Assembly (NCBI GenBank): GCA_029690005.1 | Contig: CP121458.1 | Location: 4,481,872-4,545,871 of the forward strand | Direction: 5' to 3' | Source: Prescottella defluvii | GTDB taxonomy: Bacteria > Actinomycetota > Actinomycetes > Mycobacteriales > Mycobacteriaceae | Length of the DNA stretch: 64,000 bases | Part shown: positions 11,757 to 21,006 of the stretch, one piece after another | Position numbering within the stretch: position 1 is the first letter of the stretch | Layout: every line of letters begins with the position of its first letter | Program-made: the position numbers and the translations under genes | The notes under the pieces: generated by a model | The model's database searches: none | The model's input: the letters and a program-made list of their open reading frames with translations, nothing else | Told to the model about the DNA's origin: nothing

Positions 11757-12629
11757 ATGACTTCGATAGCAAATCTCGATGACTCTTACGGAGAAATCCC
11801 TTCAACTCCGATAAATGAGCAACTACTGACCCTCAATCACCAAATTCGGCAAACGGAACACTCACTGGCTGTGGCGCAGCGCAGAAACAAATGGCTCAAG
11901 TTGTCCTTGATATTTGGACCACTACTGGCAGTTCTCCTGTACTGCATCCCGTGGATCCCAGGGATTCCCACAAGGGTGTTAGTGGCCGCGTTCATTCCAG
12001 CGATACCGTTCTCCATCGCATTCTGCATCGCCGCGTACCGTCTGAACAAATACCCAGGCGGACCCGCCAAACCCGGCAGCCGAGGCAAAGAGCGAGTTAG
12101 CGAAGGACAGATCGAACTCCAGCTTGCACTCCAACGCGAAACCAGAAAGTCATTTCTTGCCAGCGCAGATATCCCAACTAGAGTTCGTCGAATCACCTAC
12201 AAGGAAGATGCTTACTCGGATATCGATCAACTTCGAATCGAGAGTAATCGCTATCGGCAAGTCAACAACTTCCTGCAGGGGATCCTCATAATCGGTTCAC
12301 TGGCCGCAACAGCTGCAGCAGGAATTGCGTCGGAAGTCCCCTCACTAAGGTGGGCCACCCTGGTTATTACATTCACGGTCGGCTTGTCCAGTGGGTTCAT
12401 GGGGTACTTCAAGTACAAGGAACGCAGCTTCTACCTTCAGCAAACAGCCGACGCAATTGAGCATGAGTGGGAAGCTTTCGACATTGGGGTCGGTCGCTAC
12501 AAACGGATCACCGATGAAGATGAACGGCTCGCAGAATTCGTCGAGGAAGTGCATCGCCTCAAGTCCGAACAGAAGAAGCGTCAGCAGAACTTGGAGCAAC
12601 CGCCAGAATTGCGCAATACGAACGATTAA
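11757..12629 (+). CDS. 4TM protein with two SLATT/DUF4231-like halves (candidate pore-forming effector)
   Basis: Two TM hairpins (LSLIFGPLLAVLLYCIPWIP / VLVAAFIPAIPFSIAFCIAAY and ILIIGSLAATAAAGIAS / WATLVITFTVGLSSGFMGYF), each followed by a helical cytoplasmic segment. After TM4, KYKERSFYLQQTADAIEHEWEAFDIGVGRYKRI...LAEFVEEVHRL fits the DUF4231/SLATT post-TM signature. 54 bp downstream of the SepF-like gene, same strand. Low GC. Intact. Confidence 0.55.
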   Translation: MTSIANLDDSYGEIPSTPINEQLLTLNHQIRQTEHSLAVAQRRNKWLKLSLIFGPLLAVLLYCIPWIPGIPTRVLVAAFIPAIPFSIAFCIAAYRLNKYPGGPAKPGSRGKERVSEGQIELQLALQRETRKSFLASADIPTRVRRITYKEDAYSDIDQLRIESNRYRQVNNFLQGILIIGSLAATAAAGIASEVPSLRWATLVITFTVGLSSGFMGYFKYKERSFYLQQTADAIEHEWEAFDIGVGRYKRITDEDERLAEFVEEVHRLKSEQKKRQQNLEQPPELRNTND

Positions 12630-13087
12630 TTCGAAAACCCGAATTGTCCTTTTTTAGGGGGCCTGACTCCACGCGCAGGTGGGTCGAGCCTCCACTGACA
12701 TTGGCTCTGAATCAGCTTGCATGACAGCGCCTTCGCCGATGTCCTAGAAACCCGCACGAAGCCGGCAAGGTGGGCTCGTCAATCTTGGGCGGGCAACCCG
12801 GAATCCGGACTTCATTCTGATTGCCCGAGCAAAGTCGATGCGCCATTGAGGACAAACACCATCGCCGGCGCCAGGCCGCGCCAGGCTCAGCCGTAAAATC
12901 CAGTCGAATACGAGACTATTTTGACCACAATAAGCGGTCAGTTTTCCTGACCTAGCTTTTCACCTGAGCATGCAGGAGTACCCTCAGACTGTGGCGGAGT
13001 TCGGAAACCGCAGGCCTTCAGGAAACCCGAATCGGCTGAGAGCGGCGAGCCGCATGCACTCTCGATTGGGACGGACCGCAAAACTGC

Positions 13088-16000
13088 TCACGTGGTAGCC
13101 CTGATCATCGAGCCAGAGGCGGTTAATGGCGTTGACTGGTGCAACTGAAAACCCATTGCAAGTTTGGCGGGGTTCGGCCCAACGCGATAGCAGTTAGCGT
13201 TGGAGCACGAGGTGGATCCAGGCGGAGGGTTGTCAGTTCTACAACTCAGACACATCCACCCCGGCAATGCCTGGCCGGCGATTCTGTTCAGAATTACTGG
13301 CAGATCTGCTGGTCGACAGCGGACAACACGCCTGACCGCTGCCTCCTGGACATACCCATCCTTATCGTCCAGGAGCGCGCGAAGTTGATTGCTGACCACG
13401 TCTCCGCTCATTACATCAATCATGTCCGCCGCAACGGTACGTAATACTGGATCGTCGCTAGCGGTCCAGCATTCTGGCTCTGGTCCGGACTCAAGTGACG
13501 CCAAGGCGATCGCCGCCATCCGCTGGTGCTGCGTGCTGACAACGAGCCTAGGCAACAGGGCCCGCAATCGAGGTGCTGCCTCATCGACGACGGTAGCTTT
13601 CCACAGCGACCTGGCTGCAAAGTTCGCCTGACCGATTCCGAGGGTGAACAGCCGTGTCAGCAGCTGCACTGAGGCCTCCGGTGACCTCACTTCGCACCAG
13701 TCAGGATCATCACGTTCTCGCGAGTTGTCGAAGAGGGCGAAGTACGGGTCTGTCCCACCCCAACGCTCCATTCGGTCCAGAACCACCGTCGCTTGACTTG
13801 CGAGTACGCCTCGGTCGAAATTGTATAGTGTCGCTGCAAGCTCGATAAGGTCTCGGAGAAATGCATCACTCTGCCGGTGCAGGTGCTGAACTCCGCCATC
13901 GTTCATTTGAAGTGTCGCGACGAAGTCAGCTAGCTCACTGAGAAGTGTTGCCTGCGCGGTGGTCAGCTCAGCCGGCGTCCCGGCAGCAGCAACCAGTCGA
14001 ATGAATTGCGCGTAGACGTCCTCGTCATAGTCTGCCCACCACGTCGGGAATCTCACCTCTCCAGCGATCTTCGCTGCATCCTCATGGACAAATCGAACGT
14101 CGACTTCGCAGCCCTTGTCAGCGAGGAGCTGTGTGAGGGAATCTCGAAGACCCTGGGGTGCGCCAATGGCACATGCGGCAACGTGCGAAGATGCACCGGG
14201 CACATTCTCCAACAGTACTTCAGCAGCCTGGAGTTGCGTGCTAGCCAGGGTTCGGTCGACGAACCAAGCGGAAGGGAGAACGCTACCCGCTTCACCCGAC
14301 GAAGGCCGATCAGGCAGAGAACGCAGAGCGAGTACCTCTTCCAATAATTGAGAGTGCCTCGCGTCAAAGGTCTGGTGATCGAACTGAACTACTATTGACG
14401 CACGTGCGACCATTGCGTGCTCCGGGCCGTGCGTTTCGGCAGCCGCTTCTGCTGAATCCCAGAGCTCAACGGGGAGAGGCAACCTCGTCAGCGCCTCCCA
14501 GCTGTTCCATCCTTCCTGTGTTCCTTCCGCGACGTGAGCAATCAAGCTCTCGCCGACCAAGCGGACCATATCTTCGTCGAGTTCAGCTCCTTCCCTGAGT
14601 GCTTGGGCGATAGCGCTCGCCAATGTGGAGTTACCAGGGTTAGCCTTTAGCGCGTTTGCGGCAGTCCTCGACACTGCCGAGTCGAGGGCGCATGCAAGGA
14701 CTAGCGGCTCCATCTGCTGGCCAGCGATCCGCGCCTCGACCCATGACTGAATCTCGTCCGGTCGAGAAGTGATCCGAATGGCGTCGCCGATCTCCGCAAA
14801 TAGCGCAATTCGCGGGACAACAGTTTCCTCAGCACCAGACAGCACGAAGATGCCGGATTCATCGAACAGTCGAACTGCATCCTCTGCAGCAGTTGCAGCC
14901 TGCGCCGACGGAAGTCCCCAGGGTTCGCGCATCTCATCAGCGATGGCGTTTACGACTGATTGTGCGTTGGCTTTTCCCTCACTGTTCTGAATATGCGCCG
15001 CTTCGCTTACGAACGCCTGCATAATTGCTTTATTTAGAGCACGGCCACCGAGCGGACCCAGCGAACGTCCGCCGCCGCGCTGTATCTCTCGCCCAACTAT
15101 GACTTCCTTGACAATTGCCTCCAGTATTCGCGCGCGTCGCCGAGGGAGCCGCTCGGTAGTTCTCCGCACAGCGAGGAGAGACAACAGAATCGACATAAGA
15201 GGAGTTTCACGAAGCACGTCGTCCTCGGACAGGGCTGAGCGAACCCACACCGAACGCTCGCTGATCCAGCCTGGCCGGTCGACGGCATTCGGCACCGTCT
15301 TAGCCGCTGCGACCTCAAGAACAGCAGCTATCGTCGTTGCAGCATCGGAGGGTGGACGCAAGTGCACCGAGGTCCATTCGAGGCTAGCTGCCTGACCATA
15401 GGCGACATCGCGAGTCGCCAAGAGGACACAAACACCTTCCGGCAGATCCGCAACGAACGAAGATATCTCGCTGACCACATCGGAACGTCGGTCATATGTC
15501 TCATCTAATGAGTCGAGTAGTAGAGCAACGTTGCCATCGTTATCAAGTCGTTCATTTATCTCGGAAGTAAGCACATCCCGATCCGAAGGCCTCATGTCTC
15601 GCACACAAGCGGCGATGAGCCGGTCCCTGAAGCTCATAGTCGAACTGAGCGCGTCGACCTGACGGAGAGAAACGCGCACCGGCAGAGGGAACGTCGGATT
15701 CAGAGCGAGCTGGGCCGCCAGGCGCCTGAGGGCAGTGGACTTTCCGCCACCAGGAAGCCCGGTCAAGATGACACGGCCGCGGCGAAGAAATGCCCAGATG
15801 AGCTCGCGCTCACCGTGATCGCCACTCGGATCCGTGGCAACCCTGATACCCGCATCCGCCTTGTCAAAAGGGATAGCGGGGAGCTCCGCGCCAAGCGTGC
15901 GCAAATCGATCACCGAGCCATCGCGTATCAAAGTCGCACTGTATCGCTCAAGCGCCTGTCGCCGAATCTCGAGCGTGGCCGCAGGAGAACTTCCATCGCT

Positions 16001-16618
16001 GTTAATCCTCATTCCTTCACCGTGCAGGGCGGCAAGCCAACCAGCGAGGTCATATCCTCCTCTCCGTCGAGCCGTGCGTCCCGAAAGTGTCGTTAGTGTT
16101 GCCCATGCCTTTCGTGCCGAATCATGGCCGCCACCGGAGACGACATGGCGCAGGTGATCGATGGCTTGCTGTGATCCAGGCTCGTCTGGCTCTTCCGCCT
16201 TGAGCTCCCAAACAACTGCACACTTCAGCACCTTCTGACGGTCGGCTTCATCAAGGTCGACGAGAAGCTTCCGGACTACCGCAAGTATCTTTGCTTCGCC
16301 CGCCGTGGGAGAGCCCGGATGATCGGTCCGTTCGCGTTCCAATACCTGATGGAGCAATCGCATCGGGCCACTCAGTGCGCCCGCAACGACTACAAGACGA
16401 TCTGTGGCGGGATCGAGCCCTTCTCCTGCAATCTTCACCCACTGCGCGACGGCCTCCTTCAACGCCTTTCCAGCGTTAAGGGTCCGCTTGGCCTGCACGA
16501 AAGCGCGCCATCCCGAGTCGAAGGTGATCGCTATGTCGTCGACTGAGCTATCGGTCTCTAGTGACACCGATGCCACCCGCGCGTGGGCGGGAGGGATTCC
16601 GACACCCGGAAGTGACAC
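13088..16618 (-). CDS. NACHT/STAND NTPase: unknown N-terminal domain, P-loop NTPase, helical/HEAT-repeat C-terminal region, terminal RanBP2-like zinc ribbon
   Basis: Walker A ILTGLPGGGKSTALRRL. Walker B NVALLLDSLDE. HEAT/PBS-lyase-like repeats (LRALLDDKDGYVQEAAVRRVVRC). C-terminal WMCLSCRTDNPPPGSTSCSNANC. ORF open from 16873; in-frame GTGs at 16618 and 16576 are more plausible starts. Intact over about 3.6 kb. GC clearly lower than the BREX genes. Confidence 0.75.
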   Translation of the reverse strand: MSLPGVGIPPAHARVASVSLETDSSVDDIAITFDSGWRAFVQAKRTLNAGKALKEAVAQWVKIAGEGLDPATDRLVVVAGALSGPMRLLHQVLERERTDHPGSPTAGEAKILAVVRKLLVDLDEADRQKVLKCAVVWELKAEEPDEPGSQQAIDHLRHVVSGGGHDSARKAWATLTTLSGRTARRRGGYDLAGWLAALHGEGMRINSDGSSPAATLEIRRQALERYSATLIRDGSVIDLRTLGAELPAIPFDKADAGIRVATDPSGDHGERELIWAFLRRGRVILTGLPGGGKSTALRRLAAQLALNPTFPLPVRVSLRQVDALSSTMSFRDRLIAACVRDMRPSDRDVLTSEINERLDNDGNVALLLDSLDETYDRRSDVVSEISSFVADLPEGVCVLLATRDVAYGQAASLEWTSVHLRPPSDAATTIAAVLEVAAAKTVPNAVDRPGWISERSVWVRSALSEDDVLRETPLMSILLSLLAVRRTTERLPRRRARILEAIVKEVIVGREIQRGGGRSLGPLGGRALNKAIMQAFVSEAAHIQNSEGKANAQSVVNAIADEMREPWGLPSAQAATAAEDAVRLFDESGIFVLSGAEETVVPRIALFAEIGDAIRITSRPDEIQSWVEARIAGQQMEPLVLACALDSAVSRTAANALKANPGNSTLASAIAQALREGAELDEDMVRLVGESLIAHVAEGTQEGWNSWEALTRLPLPVELWDSAEAAAETHGPEHAMVARASIVVQFDHQTFDARHSQLLEEVLALRSLPDRPSSGEAGSVLPSAWFVDRTLASTQLQAAEVLLENVPGASSHVAACAIGAPQGLRDSLTQLLADKGCEVDVRFVHEDAAKIAGEVRFPTWWADYDEDVYAQFIRLVAAAGTPAELTTAQATLLSELADFVATLQMNDGGVQHLHRQSDAFLRDLIELAATLYNFDRGVLASQATVVLDRMERWGGTDPYFALFDNSRERDDPDWCEVRSPEASVQLLTRLFTLGIGQANFAARSLWKATVVDEAAPRLRALLPRLVVSTQHQRMAAIALASLESGPEPECWTASDDPVLRTVAADMIDVMSGDVVSNQLRALLDDKDGYVQEAAVRRVVRCRPADLPVILNRIAGQALPGWMCLSCRTDNPPPGSTSCSNANCYRVGPNPAKLAMGFQLHQSTPLTASGSMIRATT

Positions 16619-17210
16619 TCCAGCGAGACCACACGCGACCGCGTATGCGGCAACCCCACGACGGTATTCAGTTCCTCCATCGCCGGATGCACCTGCGATA
16701 CTCCCGGGTCGCGCGATAGACCTACAATCCACGGCCAAGAATATATAGGTAGGCGCCGTACAGCGGAACAGCTCGCGGCGTGGACCTAATCTGTGTCTCC
16801 AGTCGGTCACGATCACCCGCTGGCGTACTTGAAGCCACCGTGGGCCAGGACCGCGTACACGGTTCGGCCACACCGATCGACCCGGGTGACAAAGCTCCCG
16901 ATCCGTGACCTGCGCTACCTTGTTGGCAGGCTCGTTCGGCTACGCAGGGCGATCGCCAATATTTCACGGGAGAAGGAATGGGCGCATGCTCTGTCGCCCT
17001 GTCTTTAATTGCTACAACACCTGATTTCGCCCGAGCAAGGGCGTTTCATGTGCGAGCTATGGCGGCGTACGCCCAACATGAACCCGCTGTACAGACCCGG
17101 CAGACCAAATGTGGCCGAGGCCCGTGGCACGATGTAGCTTGCGCGGAGCCGACTCGTTCCCCCACACACCACCAGGCCAGATTCCCGCCCGAACGGAGTT
17201 TTTAACCACA

Positions 17211-20200
17211 ATGTTCCCGGCGCCACGTCCAGCTCCGCTCGTACGCTGCGCGAGACCTTCGACATCCCGCAGACCCACGGCACAAACGACTATGTGCTGC
17301 GACTGTCGGACTCCGTCGCCGACGACCAGCTGGCAGCCACCGTCGACTCCTACGTCGTCACCCCCGCTATCGCGGAGGCGTTCGACCGGGCGCTGGCCGT
17401 CGTCGAGGAGTCGCTGAGCAGCGGCGAGAACAAGGCCGCCTACCTCAACGGTTCCTTCGGCTCCGGTAAGTCGCACTTCATGGCGGTGCTGTACGGCGTC
17501 CTCGGGCACTCCCCCAAGGCGCTGTCGGTCCCGAGCTGCAGCCGATAGTCGCCAAGCATCCGCAGATCGCCGGCGCGAACCTGCTGCGACTGACGTTCCA
17601 CTTCCTCGACTCGACGACCATCGAGTCGGCCCTGTTCGAGCAATACCTGCGCCAGATCGCGCGGCTGCACCCGGACGCACTGCCGCCGGTTCTGCACTCC
17701 GCGGGCGGGCTGTTCACCGACGCCGACAACCGTCGCGCCGAAGTCGGCGACGAGAAGTTCTTCGCCACCCTCAACGCGGCCGGCGGCACCACCGCGTCCA
17801 CAGGCACCGTCAACTGGGCCGCGCTCGGCGCCACCACCGGTACCTGGACCGCCGCCACCTACGCCGCGGCCACCGCCCCCGACGCCGACCCCGCCGAGCG
17901 GGCCCGGCTACAGCAGGCGCTGATCGCGTCCTACTTCACCAGCTACTCGCGCAACACCGACTGGCTGTCCCTTCGAGGACGGGCTCGCGGTCATCGCCGA
18001 CCACGCCAAGTCCCTCGGCTACGACGGCGTCGTCCTGATGCTCGACGAGCTGGTGCTGTGGCTGACGTTCCTGATCACCGAACGCGAACGCTTCAACGCC
18101 GAGGTGCAGAAGATCACCAAGCTCGTCGAGACCAGCCGCGGCCGGCGCGCCGTCCCGGTCGCATCGTTCATCGCCCGCCAGCACGACCTGTCCCGCTGGG
18201 TCGCCACCGGCTCGGATTCCGGCGCCACCCAGCAGGCGCTCGAGCAGGCGTTCGCGCACCAGGCGGGCCGCTTCGGCAACGTCGAGCTCGGCGACGAGAA
18301 CCTCCCCTTCATCGCAAAGAGGCGACTCCTGCAGCCCCTGGGCCCCGACGCGCAGGCCGCACTCGACGCTGCGTTCGCCCGGCTCGACCGCAACCCGCAG
18401 GTGTGGGACGTGCTGCTCGACGGTGTCAACACCGACGACCAGCACCGCGGCTCCGATGCCGACGCCTTCAAGCTCACCTACCCGTTCTCCCCCGCCCTCA
18501 TCGCGACACTGCGCGCCCTGTCCGGGCAGATGCAGCGCGAACGCACCGCGCTAAAGGTGATGCAGCAGATGCTGCAGGACTCCGCCGACCGGCTCACCGT
18601 CGACCACGTGATCCCCGTCGGCGAAGCCTTCGACTACGTCATCGACAGCGCCAACTCCACGCCCATCAACGACGCGGCCGCGCAGACGTTCAAGACCGCG
18701 CGCACCCTGTGGACCGAGAAGCTGCGACCCCTGCTGTTCCGCAACGCGGGCGTCGACGAATCGGTGTCCGACGACCAGGTGCCGCCGGGGCTGCGCGCCG
18801 ACATCCGCATCGCCAAGACCCTGCTGATGTCCGCTGTCGCCCGAACGTGCCCGCACTCAAGCAGATCGACGCCGGACGGCTTGCGTCCCTCAACCATGGC
18901 AGCGTCGTTTCCCTGATCCCCGGCGACACCGTCGGCCAGATCACCAACAAGGTCAAGCAGTGGGCCGCGGAGATCCCCGAACTGTCCGTGACCTCGGACC
19001 AGAACCCGATCATCTCCGTCACCCTCGAATCCGTCGACTACGAACGGATCATCACCCGCGCACAGGGCGAGGACACCGACGGCCGCCGCCGCGAACTGAT
19101 GCGATCACTGCTCGGCGAACACTTCCGCGTGCTCGGTGCCGAGCGCACCCTCGACGACGCCCTGCTGCGGACCGTCGTCTGGCGCGGCACCGACCGACCC
19201 GTCGAGGTAGTGTTCGGCAACGTCCGCGACCGCGGCTACCTCTCCGACGACCGGTTCCGCCCCGTCACACCGGGCGCGCTGCGGCTGATCGTCGACCTGC
19301 CGTTCGACGACCCCGGTCACACCATCACTGAGGACCACGACCGCATCTCGGAGCTCCTGCGCACCGGGCAGGACCGCTTCACCGTCGCATGGCTACCGAC
19401 CTTCTTCCCGGACAAGGTGGTTCGCCAGCTCGGTCGACTCGTCGTCCTCAACTACGTCCTCGCCGGTGAGCGCTGGGCCACCTACGCCAACGAACTGTCC
19501 GAGGGTGACCGGATCGCCGCCCGCTCGATTCTCGAGCAGCAGCAGTCCCAGGTCCGCGGGCAGCTCGGCAACGCCATCCAGGTCGCCTACGGCACCGCCT
19601 CCGGGGCCAAGTTCCCGAGGGCCAGCCGCCGCTGCGGTCGTTGCACGCCGGGTTCACCGCGCAGCCGCCGATCGGCAACACCCTCGGCGAGGCAGTCGAC
19701 CGGCTCATCGGCGACACATTCGACGCCCTCTACCCCGACCACCCGGACTTCAGCCCGGCGGACGCACTGATCACCCGCCGCGACCTCAACACCGTCCTCA
19801 CCCGGTTGCGGGAGGCACAGTCCAGATCGACGGACGCATCCCCCTCGAAGGCGGCGCCCGCGGCGACCGCGACATCGCCCGACGCGTCGTCGAGCCACTC
19901 GGCATCGCGAAGGTCAACGAAACCCACCTCATCTTCGGGCCGGAACAGTTCACCGCCTGGCAGACCCGCATCACCCAGGAACTCGCGCGGCTCTCGATCG
20001 ACGAGCAGGGCGACGTCGACATCGACGTGCTCCGCACCGCGATCAACGCCAGCGGCCCCAAGCGCGGTCTCACCCCCGACATCGTCGACCTCATCGCGGC
20101 GGCCTGGGCGGCGCAGACGAAGCGATCCTGGTTCCTGCACTCGTCGCCCACCACCGAGGCGATCATCGGTGATTTCCGCCGGGCACCACCCTGCGGCTCG

Positions 20201-21006
20201 AGCCGCTGCCGGAACGGCAGACGTGGACCGACGCCGTCACCCGCTGGAAGTCGTGGACCGGGCAGACGGTCAACGAGTACCTCACCGCAACCAACCTGGC
20301 CGCATTCGCCGAGCAGGTCCGCGACTTCGCCCGGTCCGGTTTCGCCGGCCGCGGCCAATTCGTCTCCGCGCTCGGGCAGGCCTACAACTACTTCGGCCTC
20401 GACCCCGAGGTGGGCCGGCACGCGCTCGCCTCGGATCTTCTCGATCTGTTCGAGGCGCGTCTCGCGCACGTCACCAACCTCGACCTGGTCGCGGCCGTCG
20501 CGGGAGCGTCGTTGCGTGGCAACGACATCGAGGCAGGGAAGTCGCTGGCTACCGCCGACGCCGTCGAACAGGCACTGCTGCGGTATCCGCTGACCCGCTG
20601 GAACGTCCTGAGGGAGGCTGCAGCAGGCTCGGACGAACGAGCCGTGCAGGCCAAGGCGATCCTCACCGATCTCGCGAAAGCGGTGCAGGCGCAGGAGTTC
20701 ACCCAATCGTTGTCCACCTCGCTGGCCGCCGCCGACCGTGCCCGCGACACCTGGCTCGAGGCCGCGGTGATCGTGACGCCGCCCCCGGTCGTCCAGCCGC
20801 CGGTGACACCGCCCCCGGTCATCCAGCCGCCCGCGACGCCACCAAACAACCCGGACGACATCCCGCTACCGCCACCGGCTCCCACCGAGACGTTCACGGT
20901 CACCGGCGCGAACGCCACCTCGGCCGTCGAGGCGCGCCTCGCCGCCCTGCTCGCCAACTACCCGAACGACGAGTTCACCGTCACCATCACCAGGGTGCCG
21001 CGATGA
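17211..21006 (+). CDS. pglY: BREX ATPase PglY/BrxC, multiply frameshifted (at least 5 single-base indels)
   Basis: BrxC N-terminus incl. [16 protein letters not shown] Walker A. Collinear BrxC-like segments continue through ORFs 18038-18916, 18058-19770, 19466-20593, 19641-..., 20410-21006. Frame switches near 17527 (ccc gag to ccgag), 17975, 18855 (gcc ccg to gcccg), 19620, 19810 and 20180. C-terminal Pro-rich repeat [22 protein letters not shown]. Start approximate: an early shift near the ATG at 17211 is likely. Confidence 0.8.

Noticed and set aside
17057-17680. 207-aa minus ORF and other ORFs in 16.9-17.3 kb
   Set aside because: Overlap the pglY 5' region antisense. This region is better explained as the STAND/pglY divergent promoter region plus pglY N-terminus.
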